A DNA stretch of 64,000 bases from Oculina patagonica (Eukaryota), in the NCBI RefSeq assembly GCF_052425735.1, contig NC_135761.1, positions 8,618,001 through 8,682,000 on the forward strand. Direction: 5' to 3'. The position numbers and the translations under genes were made by a program. The notes under the pieces were generated by a model. It was not told the DNA's origin. It did no database searches and worked only from the letters and a program-made list of their open reading frames with translations. Positions within the stretch are counted from its first letter, which is position 1. Every line of letters starts with the position of its first letter. Below, in pieces: positions 38,312 through 50,675 of the stretch.

Positions 38312-39876
38312 TATTATTATCATTATTGTTATTGTTATTATTAAAACATTAGCATTAGAATTAAAGAAGGCCAAATACGTTCCGTCACATAATTACACCA
38401 TACAAGCATCAAATAGAACAAAAACAGACTTTCACAGATAAACTTTAAAATTATAAGTGCCATTTTCTGTTTCGATTTGTTTCCCTTCACTTTTTACCAC
38501 GCCAACAAATCTCACGAGCACCCGCCAAAACAAAAATTTAACACGCCGAGTGGCCTAAGGCATTTACAGGAAAAACATTTTCACGCATGAAGAATTCAGA
38601 GACAACATCAACATCACGAGGCGGAGCAAACCACACAGGCAATTTAAATTCAATATCAACACAAAAGCATAATTCACCACGCCAACGAGCCTCTCAGACA
38701 CATTCAAAAAACCTCACAGGTATTAACAGAACAAAAGAATCTTCCGCTACACAATCAATACCAAAACAAATTTACCGCACAGGCAATATTAGACAAACAT
38801 TTCACCGCAAAAAACCACACAGGCAATATTAGAACAACATTTCGCCGCATCGGCAATGTTAAATAAACATTTCAACGCACAGGGAAGCCACACAGGCAAT
38901 ATTAAACAAACATTTACCGCGCAGGCATGCCTCACCGGCAATATTAAACCAACATTTTTGCCACACAGGCAATATTAGATAAACATATCACCGCACAGGC
39001 AATATTAGAACAACATTTCACCGCACAGGCATTATTAGACAAACATTTCGCCGCACAGGCAATATTAGATAGACATTTCGCCGCACAGGCAATATTAGAT
39101 AGACATTTCGCCGCACAGGCAAGCCACACAGGCAATATAAAAAGCAACATTTCGCCGCACAGGCAATATCAGATAAACATAACACCGCACAGGCAATATT
39201 CGACCAACATTTCGCCGCACAGGCAATATTAGATAAACATATCACCGCACAGGCAAGCCACACAGGCAATATAAAAAACAACATTTCGCCACACAGGCAT
39301 TATTAGATAAACATTTCGCCGCACAGGCAATATTAGATAGACATTTCGCCGCACAGGCAAGCCACACAGGCAATATAAAAAACAACATTTCGCCGCACAG
39401 GCAATATCAGATAAACATAACACCGCACAGGCAATATTAGACCAACATTTCGCCGCACAGGCAAGCCACACAGGCAATATTAGAACAACATTTCTTCGCA
39501 CAGGCAATAAAAGATAAACAAATTCACCGCACAGGCAAGCCACACAGGCAATATACTATAAACATTTCGCCACGTCAGCGAGCCTCACAGGCATTAAGTT
39601 AAAAAATAGCAAAAAACCAAGCCGCGCAGACAAACCTCACAGGCATTATCAACACAAATATCAGCCAACCAACCAAGGACTTGAAGAGTCCAAAAAGCGT
39701 AACGTTAAAACCAGAACAAAATAAAACCGTACCTCATTCGCTTGTAACACCGGTTGAGCCCCAGCGGCTGGTTGAATTTCACCCGGTTGTTGAGCCGGCG
39801 CCTGCACTGGCGGGTTCACTTGAGCTGCAATTTCTTCAGCACCGACAGCGTTAGGAACTTGATCTGCCTCAGCCAT
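37648..39876 (-). CDS. Gag-like protein with CCHC knuckle, predicted spliced (39876-39733 plus 38139-37648; 211 aa)
   Basis: CFACNQIGHYQRYC is seen directly. Splicing is inferred from donor GAG|GTACGG and acceptor actttattatgcag|CAA, both phase 0. Confidence 0.75.
38276..38343. repeat. (ATT)n microsatellite inside the predicted gag intron
   Basis: Read directly from the sequence. Confidence 0.9.
38770..39650. repeat. Minisatellite of 30-nt units (AATATTAGATARACATTTCGCCGCACAGGC) with interspersed AAGCCACACAGGC inserts
   Basis: Exact 30-nt register at 39031, 39061 and 39091. Confidence 0.95.
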
Positions 39877-42800
39877 CGAGTAAGTCGGGTTGAACACAAA
39901 AGCCAAACTCTCCACTTTCGCGGCCTCGAGTAGAGTGATGGGGTGGAGCACATGTAACCCCTTTTATAGTCTCATTTGCATAATCCCCAGGGTATTAATT
40001 ACCAATGCAAATCGAGTTTGCATAGGTCGAAGCTTTTTGTTATCAGTTGTCGCATTTCTATCGAATATTAATCTCAAGGCTCAGTACTCCATTGCATACA
40101 ATCTCACCAACGAAAGAAAGTGACGCACTTAAGCTAACAGGTGGCCACATAAATTACGGGCGTATTTCCCACTGAAACGTGTTTAGAGCGTTTGTTTGCC
40201 GCTCTTTTTCGTATTCCATTCTTTCTCACTCTCAATTTAGTCTAAGTTAGTAAGTTCAGATTTTGTTCTAATTAGATGGAAGGTTTGAAGAAAAGCTTTC
40301 TTTTGTTTTCGCGATCTCATTAGTGGTCACCAAGAAACTATATTATCTCGTCTTAGAATAACGTAGATGCAAAAAACAATGCTAGGAAAATTCAAGACAA
40401 AGTATTACTTGAGCGTAACTATCTTTTCTATCATAGAAATGATCATAAACGGCGCCCAGATGATTTTCCAAGTCGTTTAGAATCATGATGATCTTTTTTG
40501 CACAAACTCGGCGTTCAAACAAACGACAGATCTAATTGTCTTGTGAGGCATTACCGATCTGTGTATCTGCACAATCCATTAATTTTTAAACGACTGGGTC
40601 TCTGTAAATCCCGGCGTTCTACCAGCATCAATTCTGCGGTTTTCACATTTTGATTTTGATTCATTTCAAACTATGTGGTGAAAACAAGTCGACACGGCGT
40701 CTGCTTTTTTGTAAGGCGCTTTTGATTTAGGACTTGACATGAAACCATATTAAGATAATTTGCATGGTAACGACTTGCGTTATCAAGAATTTCTCGTATT
40801 TGTTTAAATTGCTTTTGAGAAAAATGTAGTTTCGCTCCCAACACACAAACATTGATTTCAGTAGACTGTTATTTAAAATTCAAAGCTAAGCACGAAGATT
40901 TTTTTGTTGGAAAACAAAAAACAATTAAAAATGGTGGGCAAAAGATTGAAAAGTGTCTATTCCAATTACAAAATTTTACGGCTGAATGCTTAAAAAAACA
41001 CATTTAAAAAATGTAGTGTCGAATGTGTGTTAAAAGCTATTTGGCACTTCATTTCGTTATCCGGCGTCAAAGATGGTAAAATTATTTCATTACACACACA
41101 ATTATGTGTCAGACGTTTTTATACCTGTTAATGACCGTTTGCATGAAAATCACTCAGATGTGAGGCAACCCATTATGTCTTGTTGTTCCCACAGCAGAAA
41201 GTTATTTCTTTTCTTATACTATTCTTGCAACCTCGTTCCCAGGGTTGTATCTTTATGCGGATTTTTGATCAAGGAAAAAAAACTTGATTAAATTTTCATC
41301 TCGATTTCGTTTCCTACTTTATAAACGTTCAACGTTATAAACTAAGAAAGGTTTAAAAGCTCGTAATCAAAACGTCACAAAAAAGTCACGAACCACAACC
41401 CACCCTACCATGATCAGTTAACACTGCGCATGTGCAAATTTGTTCAGCGTAATTATCTAGTTTAACAAATTAACAAAACTTCGTTAAATGATTTCATTAG
41501 TACACCCTCATCCGAACATTGGACATAACATTGATTGGCAGGTTATCTTCATTACCCAGGGTGATTGAGAAAGTATCGTTGATTAGGACAACGAATCACT
41601 AAAGGAGGAGGGAAGTGATTATTTAATACTCGATCCTCTAGCAAATTAGCCTGTGTACAGCCGTCCTGCTCCGCTCAAAAAAATCGCATAACAATTGCGA
41701 CCTCATCCCAAGAAAACAAGGCATAAGCTCCGACGCAATAAACAACTGGGCTTGAAAAGCAGGAACAACCTGTATTTTGTTTACTTAATTTTTCATGCAG
41801 GCGACTAGTTCATGGATACAGAAAGCTGAAACATTAATTGCTATATATGCCCTGAACAGAAATCATTTTGAAGTCATTGTCAAGTCAAATACTTCACACT
41901 AGCTATCATTATGACTGCGAAATTTAATACAAAAGGTACGAAGCTCATTACTTGACAAATACGAGTTGACAGGTATAACGAGAAATCTACAATTACGGAC
42001 TCTCTGGCATAACTGTAATGAAATGTTTATGCAACGTTCATAAACCTCTTTTCAATCTCTTCATTTAAATTACATAGGGGAAAATTGTATTCACAAGTTA
42101 ATTTACAGAGAAAATAATCAAGCGGCGATAAGGAAAAAGACGCTCAAACAAAACTTGAATATCCTTCAAAATGTTTCAGCTGCTCGATTCAGTTTCCAAT
42201 AGACGCAATCCTAAAAACATTAGTTGTAGACTGAAAAGGGAATGAATCGCACAAAGTTACGCACCTTCTGCAGCCACGCAAAAATGGAATACCGACCGAT
42301 GACTGATTTACTGATGTAAGGTAGGTTATGTTCTATTTTTAACATCGACTGTAAATTTTTTAAAGATGTCCAAGCTGAAGTTTACTGATTACACTAGCTA
42401 AACAAAGGAAGTTCTTACAACCGACTAGACAATTCGGATGTACCGTCTACTCTGAAGACAACAGAGCGAGAGACGTATATTTACGACAAAATAACGTCTA
42501 CCAGGTAGATTGTAACTGAAGTCAAGTAGTTTTAAGCATTCAAGTCAGCGAAAGACAGGACAAGTAAACGCCATGCAGGGCTATACACAAGACGTTTTTG
42601 CAAGCTTCGAGTTAATTGCAACACGCTGCCTGTTTCCTTAGTTTTTCAGGCAGTACAGAGTCACGCCCGATCCGGTAGATACTTAGGTTGCATCTGTGCG
42701 ATTTGATCAGTACTGAGGCTTATGCAGGTTATGACAGTTACTTAAAAGTTTATCCCCAAGCTTCGATAGTTCACTGTCGGATTCTCGAGCCTCTGGCATC

Positions 42801-45509
42801 GTTAGTGTTTTTAAAATTACGAGGGTATAGTTTTCATGTTTGCTGCTTTGAAAATTCCGGCGTTCATGATCAAACATACAAGTCTGCCTTAGAGCTGTTC
42901 AATTTTAGTCTCCAAACTACAGCCGCAACTCGAAACAATGTCGGCGTAACGTAGGAACTGTCGAGTCGGAAATGAGTTCAATAATGTTAAGCGGGAGCCA
43001 AACACTCGCAATGCTGCAGTCGCTGAAAGAGCATTTTACTTCGGGACATTACCCGGAACACTCTGAGATCGTGTGGGTCCCAGCGGGTCGAATTTCACCA
43101 CTTGCCAACGAGTTAACTTTTTTTATTATTATTATTTTCAATTTAATTCAAAATGATAAGCCCGTTCTTTATTCATTCACACGCTGAGATATTGAGCGGA
43201 AATTTACACTTAAAACAATTTAAAAAAATAATTTAATAGGAAATTTCATGTTGAGATTGAAATTGCTTTACAGGACTGATAAAATGAACGAACACCCCCA
43301 CGGTCTCGATAGACATTAAAACATTTGTGAACTATTTTTATGCTCCCGTCGTGAATAATAATTAATTTTGACATCTCTGTAAATACATTTATTTTAAAAC
43401 GGCGTAAAAGCAAATTGCCTGACAGTTCTTAATTAAACGTGCTATCTTTGTCTTGTCACCAAGACAACCCTTCTTTCGCAAAACGACGGAAAAAATAATG
43501 TTTGCGTTCGCGATCTATCTTTTCCTGCACTTGAAAAACTATAACTCTGCAAATAATTGTCTACATATTGTAAGAAGTTTATGATCACTTGATTGTGGCC
43601 TAATTTACGGAACTTTAACATGTACTGTACTTCTCGAAATAGCAATTCAGGTAAAATGAGTTGAGTAAGGGTCGAGCATGCGCTGCTAGCCTTGCTTGTG
43701 GAAAATCACTTCCGGTCGCGGGCCGTATGCTAAGTAGCACTTGAAAACTCTTATAAGGAAATAAAACACATCGTTTTTGAAATTAAGTAACCGTTAATGA
43801 AAACTTGCTTTTGAAGGACTTTAATAACGCCACAAAATTATATTACACTTTAATATGAGTACATTGTTTTCTTTTTCCCTACCCCACGCGTGAGCGCTTG
43901 TTAGAAAAGCTTTTACGCATAATTGTCACTACAGTTTAGACAATGAAAACTGACAACACCTTTTCACTTCACCAGATTATTAAAATTCGCTGTCACCTTT
44001 TGATGGCTTCTTGGGTACCTTTTAGCGACACCTTTGTAAATTCCAGCTGTTTGTTTACTTTTTTGACAGAAGATATGAAAGGTTAGGCGTTTTAAAAAGC
44101 ATTGGAGGTTTACTCAAAAAATTTGCATCTTTTAAATCACTCACCGCCGACCATAAGACCGGGTGCGAATAACTCATATGACTCCAAAACCGGCAATACT
44201 ATACCGAAGGTAGGTTTTAGGTTTTTTTTATATTTACAGCTCACACTTTGGCGTTCAACTTACAGTCTGGGTTTTTGATCGAGCCCGACCCTGCTTTTTT
44301 TTGGTCAAATCTGTTCTCTTCGCGATCCGGACTTACTGTTTCGCGAGGGCGTGATGTTCTCCCCAACTGAGATTCTCAGTCATGCTGTTCTTTTGTGTCT
44401 TCTTGCGCAACAGAATAAACATAAATGTTGTAGTTTGTCGATATCTTGGGCAATGTAACGTAAACTTGACAAAACGAAAAAGGAATTGCTCAGAACTTTC
44501 TGTCGTTGCGTTTGCTTGGTTACTTCCGAGTGAAATAATAATTTGATGCGTTCAAGATCTTCAAATTGTCCGTTTTGCCTTTCCACATTCTCAGTGGACG
44601 CTGTAGCAATAACCCATGTGACGCTATCTCTTTGTCATCGATATTTTTCGCTGGTTTTTCAGTAACGATGTTGTATTTTTGATTCTCCCAAAATCACGAA
44701 GAAACGTAAAGTTGTAGAAGAATATGTCGACTGGACTATTTCTTGTTCACAGTGATAACGAACTTATTACGGTATAACAAGTTTACGTTTATAACGGAAG
44801 TCCTTTCCGCCCCTCTATTTCCCCAGACAACTATAACAAGACAGCCGTGACCTGCCATGAATGCTGTTCAGTAAGATGGCATTTTCATCATATGGTCACA
44901 CAAGACTTATTCAGTGAAAAAAATACAACTTTTTACTGTTCACTGTTTTTTTATATATATGAAAAATCAACACTCGGGAGGATTGTTGAGCATTTTAGTC
45001 TCAATAGAAGACAAATTAAGCCAAGCAGTCTGTTGGCAAGCTACAATTGATATAAAATAAAACTACGTTGCTAAGGGTTGATTTCAGTTGAAGGGGCGGT
45101 TGAACTCGAAAACCCCAATTTCTTAAACCGATTGTTTGCATTTTTGTATGAATGGCCAAAGGGCCAGTAAAGGTTTAATTCAGCTAACCCGGGCTATCAG
45201 ATATATACCACTTTTACATCACTTGGCTTTATTTGTAGCCTGGCCGTGTAATGTCATCATTTCCATAGCATCGTTGGTGTCGCTGCTGATAATGATGATG
45301 TTTTTCAGCTATTGTTCTTGTTTTTGTTTGATTGTAGAGTTGCCCAGTTTACGTCTAGTTTTCCCTTACTGAAAGAATTAAATCGACATTCCTACCACCA
45401 CAATTAGACATTTAATGATAACTTAATCTTGTTAATGCTTTTATTTTACAGACAAGAAGTGGTGTAAGCAGAAAATTCATTTAAACAAGCAACAAAACTT
45501 GCTATCATC

Positions 45510-46553
45510 ATGTCAGCGGACTCCGGTGACATAGACTCCAATAAATTGGCCTTTTTCTGGGGCCCAGTCCCAACATATTACTGGGTACTAACTGCCATTA
45601 ATGGTCTGATCACATTAGTTTGCAACGGAGTGGTTATCTTCATAATACTCAAACGAGAAAGGCTATATCGAAATCCTGGAAACTGGTTACTATTGTCACT
45701 GGCGTTTTCAGACCTAACAGTTGGAATAATCATGATTCCCTCGCTATTCATCTGCTATTTTTCGACCATTCCGTGCAACTGGGATGTGAACAAGAAAGTT
45801 TACGACTTGTTTCTTTACATTTCTGTAACCAATCTTTGTTTCCTAACCATGGATAGATATATTGCTGTGGTGTTTCCTCTCAAATACACGCTTCTCGTCC
45901 CTCGAAAGTCGACGATCAAGTTATTAGTAGCAGCCTGGCTTTTTCCGTTAGTTGTGTGTGTTATTCCGTTCATTCTAAGCTTTCTTCCCATAGCCGAGTC
46001 CGAGAAACAGCAAGCAGTAAAAGTATTTGTGGCCATTAAAGTCAGTGTGTTCGAACTGGTGCCATGCGCATTAATGCTATTGGCGTACATGCATATCTTT
46101 CAAATTAGCCGAAGACATGTCAGGCACATAAACTCCATTCAGAGAAGCATACGAAGGAGAAATTCAGCCTGCGAAACAAAATGGCGTGCAAAATCAACCA
46201 TAAAGGTGTTCTGTGTAGTTGTTCCTCTGTTTGTTATTTGCTGGATTCTTGCGTCATGGAGAGAGATTTGTTCCGCGTTTAACCGCTGTACAGTTCCTCC
46301 AAGCGCAGTCCATATTTCACGGCTTCTTCTAAAGGGTCATTCCATGATAGATCCTATCGTCTATGCACTGCACAAAAAAGACATACGGAAGGAGCTTTTA
46401 AAGACCGCTGGCAAATCTCAACTGCTTACGCTTAACGTTCGACCGCGAAGGAGTGGTAGCGAGAATTCTTACACGGTTACAAGTGAAAAGGACCCGAAGA
46501 CTAGAAAAGATCAAACAGAAAATGTTGGCATATACACTACTCTACAGCTGTAA
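45510..46553 (+). CDS. Class-A GPCR (adenosine/biogenic-amine-receptor-like), single coding exon
   Basis: LAFSD, DRY, CWIL and DPIVY motifs. A splice acceptor ttttattttacag ending at 45451 implies upstream 5'UTR exon(s). Confidence 0.9.
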   Translation: MSADSGDIDSNKLAFFWGPVPTYYWVLTAINGLITLVCNGVVIFIILKRERLYRNPGNWLLLSLAFSDLTVGIIMIPSLFICYFSTIPCNWDVNKKVYDLFLYISVTNLCFLTMDRYIAVVFPLKYTLLVPRKSTIKLLVAAWLFPLVVCVIPFILSFLPIAESEKQQAVKVFVAIKVSVFELVPCALMLLAYMHIFQISRRHVRHINSIQRSIRRRNSACETKWRAKSTIKVFCVVVPLFVICWILASWREICSAFNRCTVPPSAVHISRLLLKGHSMIDPIVYALHKKDIRKELLKTAGKSQLLTLNVRPRRSGSENSYTVTSEKDPKTRKDQTENVGIYTTLQL

Positions 46554-46967
46554 CACTTTAACGAGGTTTTGAGAATCTTGAGTAAATATAGAGAAAGGAC
46601 TCTGACCGTAGTACAAATGATATATTTATAGACCACATGCTAAATGGAGATACTTTAAATGAACATACGGTATAGATCATGGAAAGGAGAAAATTATCTC
46701 CCCACGTCTTTGCCGCAAGTAAGACAGGAAAAAAATGGATGTTTGCTAACAGACTATGCGCTACGACGTAGGTCAAACAATGTATTTTTTTATAAACAAG
46801 TCTCAGTTCTAATTGGGAATTGTTTTATTGGTATCCATATTTTACCCAGGGAGTAGAGCGTTTAATTTTCTAAGTTAACAAACTGAAAAAAAATGAAAAG
46901 GTAAATAAAAACCCTCAGACATGAGTTGCTTAGGAAAGAAACGGTCAGAGTTTAATGAATGAGCGAA

Positions 46968-47530
46968 TTATAAACAGTTATTCGATGAGGTTTTTGTGAT
47001 ATCCGGAATAATCGAGGTCGAGGTAAGTGTTATCAGCCGAAGCCGAAGGCTGAGGCTGATAACACTTACAGAGACCTTGATTATTCCGAATATCACATAA
47101 ACCGAATCTAATAATTGTTTTATTATACATTGTTTTTCTGGAAATGGAAGTAATGACAAACGATTTCAATCTGTTTCAAAACTTGTGCTAATTCCGGCTG
47201 GTCGTCCTACTAAATCATGGAATAGTTCCTTCCCAATTTTTGTTAGTCATTTGTGTTTTCCGAGACTTTAATTTACTGTTAGCAATTTTTGAACTTTGGT
47301 CAAACTATTTCTCGGTTGAAGAAGTGAATCAACGAACTATGAATTTCCTTCGCCGCCAGATGCCTGACAGATTGCTCTTGGAAATCATGCATTGCGCGCG
47401 CAACCTACAGATTAGTGAATAATCTGCTAGCAGATTATTCACTAATCTGTGGGTTGCGCGGATTCCCAGAATTAGCTGTAGGCTCTAAGCCAATGAGAAG
47501 ACAGTTAGTGACTACAATGTATAATAATCA
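46968..47530. repeat. Hairpin-type dispersed repeat (palindrome 46968-47120 with CCGAAGG apex)
   Basis: Imperfect palindrome, which explains the spurious ORFs here. Confidence 0.65.
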
Positions 47531-47915
47531 TAATAATGCAAAAAGGTTTTCCTGCCGGCTGGGATAACCGGTTCTGAAGAGTTCTAAGCTATACTCTCTG
47601 TGACGCTCCCCCCTCTCCCACTCATCCGACCATTAACCTCAAATTTTCCCTTTCCCAACCACAAAAGTCAAGGTCTTGGAAATAAAGAAGGCTCCATGAG
47701 ATTACTGTATGTCAACGTCTTGGATCAAGTCAACTAGCGGCTAGTTGCGTGATCGGGCGCCTTTGACATGAAAACAAATCTTGTTGAAAACAGGAAAGCA
47801 TGTGATTTTTAACATAACACGGGTTATGTTACGTAGATGAAAAAATAAAGGGGATTGTTTGAGAAAAATACACGACACAGCGCAGTTTAGTTGAACGCAT
47901 ATCATCGCTGCAAAC

Positions 47916-48596
47916 ATGTTCGGATTTCTGTTGGTAAGCCTAATTTGCCTCTCGCCTGGCGTTGCATCAAGCTTTCCTGACAGTGCACCCAAAGTCGACG
48001 TGACTTTGTACTACGAAAGCCTTTGTCCAGACTGCCAGTTGTTTATTCTCCAGCAGCTTTATCCAACGTTTATAAAGGTTGGCGAGATCTTCAATCTAAC
48101 ACTGGTCCCGTATGGGAACGCTGAAGAAAGCAAGCGCGGAGACAAATGGGTCTTCGAATGTCAACACGGTCCAAAGGAGTGCCAAGGTAACCTCATCGAA
48201 ACCTGCGCCATTTCTCTGCTGAAGAACATTTCTGTGTCGTTTCCGTTTGTCCATTGCTTTGAGAAGGGTCTCGAACGCTCTGGGGATCCGAAGACAGTCG
48301 CCGAGAATTGTGCCAAGACTTTGGGAATTGTGTACGATCCGATAGAAGCTTGCGTGAGCGGTCCCCAGGGAAACGAATTGGAGCACGAGATGGCGATGAA
48401 GACAAACGCGTTAAAACCGCAGCACGAATACGTTCCATGGGTGACCATCAATGGAGAGCATACGGAAAAGATCCAACAAGAAGCAGAGAACAACCTACTG
48501 AAGCTCGTGTGCGAAACCTACACTGGAACTAAACCATCAGGTTGTGAAAGGCAGAAGATCGAAAGATGCTACAAGGACTGGGGACCTGTTGTTTAA
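47916..48596 (+). CDS. IFI30: Gamma-interferon-inducible lysosomal thiol reductase (GILT), copy 1, intronless
   Basis: Signal peptide, YYESLCPDC (CxxC), signature CQHGPKECQGNLIETC, YVPW. Confidence 0.95.
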   Translation: MFGFLLVSLICLSPGVASSFPDSAPKVDVTLYYESLCPDCQLFILQQLYPTFIKVGEIFNLTLVPYGNAEESKRGDKWVFECQHGPKECQGNLIETCAISLLKNISVSFPFVHCFEKGLERSGDPKTVAENCAKTLGIVYDPIEACVSGPQGNELEHEMAMKTNALKPQHEYVPWVTINGEHTEKIQQEAENNLLKLVCETYTGTKPSGCERQKIERCYKDWGPVV

Positions 48597-48960
48597 TTGT
48601 TTTCCTTGTAGAGCCACCGATTGTCACGAATCAGTTTGTATTTCAGTTTGTATTTCGCATTAAAATATTTTTTCATCATTATCCTTTCTTGTGATAAATG
48701 AATAAATTTAACTTGAGTGTAAACATGTCTTAGCAATTTACTTGTTACTAAAAACGAAAACTAAGGAATCTAGTAAAAAAAAAGCCTCCCTCCCCGAATT
48801 GATTTATTTGTCTCGTGACACGGGGCACCCGCGCTCTCTTTCGCAGCCGCTATTTGGGGTGCAATACATCCCAAATAGCGGCTGTGAAGGAGACTAAATG
48901 CTTGGTAACCTGCGATCAGGCGTTCTTTTTTCTTTTTACGAAAGCGAGAGGGAAAAAAGA

Positions 48961-49198
48961 ACTGAAATAAAGCTTTAGAAATAAAATATCTAAACTACAT
49001 TTCGCTCTAAATATCTCAATAAAGTTTAATGAAATGTTTATCATGTGTTGTCTAAATCAGTTAAAAGAGCGCTTAAAACGGCCCGCGCAGGCGAAAAAAA
49101 TACAACACATGAGTCGATAAACATTTCATTAAACTTAATTGAGATATTTAGAGCGAAATGTAGTTTAGATATTTTATTTCTAAAGCTTTATTTCAGTA
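48961..49198. mobile_element. Palindromic MITE
   Basis: About 90-bp inverted arms ACTGAAATAAAGCTTTAG...CTAAAGCTTTATTTCAGT. Confidence 0.85.
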
Positions 49199-49659
49199 GC
49201 CCTTATAGATTTCAAAATTTCTTTTGTTCGTCTCATGTCAACAACAATAATTAACCACGAACACATAGGGTGGTCTGCCTGTGCTCCGTTAAACCTTACT
49301 AAAATACGTGAACGTTTCATACATTACTGACATTACTCCTTCAAACCTGACTCAAAATTAAAATGCTTATTCCAGACTTCACAATTGAACACTTGTCTGA
49401 TACATGATCTCACAGATGGTATAGGGTTTTTTATGGTTAAAACAAAACAAAATATTTCCCAATGTTTATAAGCCGTTTATAATTTTGGAGACAATTAAGA
49501 GTCCCCGTCGAGTTCGGATTATTGTGGATTTTGAGTCACAGCGAAATATTTGCTGAATAATTACAGCGTTCGCTCAGGAAACGAGCAGTATAGAAAAATT
49601 TCTTTAACAAGAAAACTCTGAGTAGTCGTTAGAAATTTCCATACACAGAAGTGCTCAGT

Positions 49660-49981
49660 CCCGGGGGGGGGACTCCCATATTAAAGGGACGGGGATGCTC
49701 GTCGGAAATTTTGAAAAGAACCCCTAAAAGAAACCAATCTGGGCGTGGCTCAAGCTATTTTAGACCCCTAAAAGAAACCAAAATTCTGAGAAAGAAACTT
49801 ATATTGGTATATTTCTTCGTGTGTAACCCTAAAAGAGACCCTGACGGCTAAAAATAATGTCATTTTCTTGCATTTTCCCCAGAACACCCTAAGCGAGACC
49901 CAAAGTCCGAAATTTATACCCCTAAGCGAGACGACGAGCATCCCCGTCACTCTCATATTAAAGTCCCCCCCCCCCCCCGGG
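49660..49981. mobile_element. CCCGGGGG MITE with 8-bp target-site duplication
   Basis: TGCTCAGT at 49652-49659 and 49982-49989; inverted homolog of 20368-20670. Confidence 0.9.
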
Positions 49982-50675
49982 TGCTCAGTGTTGTTTGCAA
50001 AAAACTGATGGGAAACACATGACGGCTTGAAGCCAGCCCCGTGACAGCCCGTCACAAGTCACCAGTCACCCGTGACAGCCAGTCACCAGTCAGGCGTTTG
50101 ACTGTCACATGTTTTCTTTTTACATGTCGCCAAAGGGGGTTAGGGTGGAGAAGGGGGGGAGGGTAACTGTGGACCCTTATAGACGTAGACATGGTAGTGG
50201 TGGGCTCCTCGGTCTAAGAGGGTATTCGCAAACAACCTTCGTACACATGTAGATACGTGCATGATGCGCAGATTTCCCGTTTTGCTTCATAACAGCTGAT
50301 ATCTTCGCTCTACATAAAACAAGGTAGACAGAATTTTGGGTAGACCCCGACGCATCTGATAACCCTTTTTCCTCTTCCACACCATCTGGAAAACTTACTT
50401 CTCCTTAATCCGGGCTCCTTAATAATTCCGGACAGGATACATGTAGTTATTTTCAAATATGTACTTAAAAAACTCAAACTAAACAATCATGATCGTCATA
50501 GTTCTAGAAGACACAGCATATGATTGGGAACAAGGCTGAGGAAAGCGCGAGGATTTTTTCTTTGGGTGAGAGGGACAAACATGTTTATGCCTACAGCCCC
50601 CTGCCCAAAATTACAAGCCGTACGACAGACGCCAACCACCCCCCCCCCTCCTCCCCTCATACATCGATCGGCGGA

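Larger units (their letters stand above)
33077..40025 (-). mobile_element. PAT-like (DIRS order) tyrosine-recombinase retrotransposon with split direct repeats A1-ORFs-B1-A2-spacer-B2
   Basis: A1 39901-40025 matches A2 33224-33348 (125 nt); B1 33349-33416 matches B2 33077-33144 (68 nt); Gag, RT, RNase H, methyltransferase-like and YR domains. The methyltransferase-like domain favours PAT-like over Ngaro. Confidence 0.93.

Noticed and set aside
38770-39650. CRISPR-like look, and Cys-rich repeat ORFs (CAAKCLSNIA)n
   Set aside because: There are no unique spacers or cas genes and the context is eukaryotic; the ORFs arise because the unit is 30 nt and they shift frame at the inserts.
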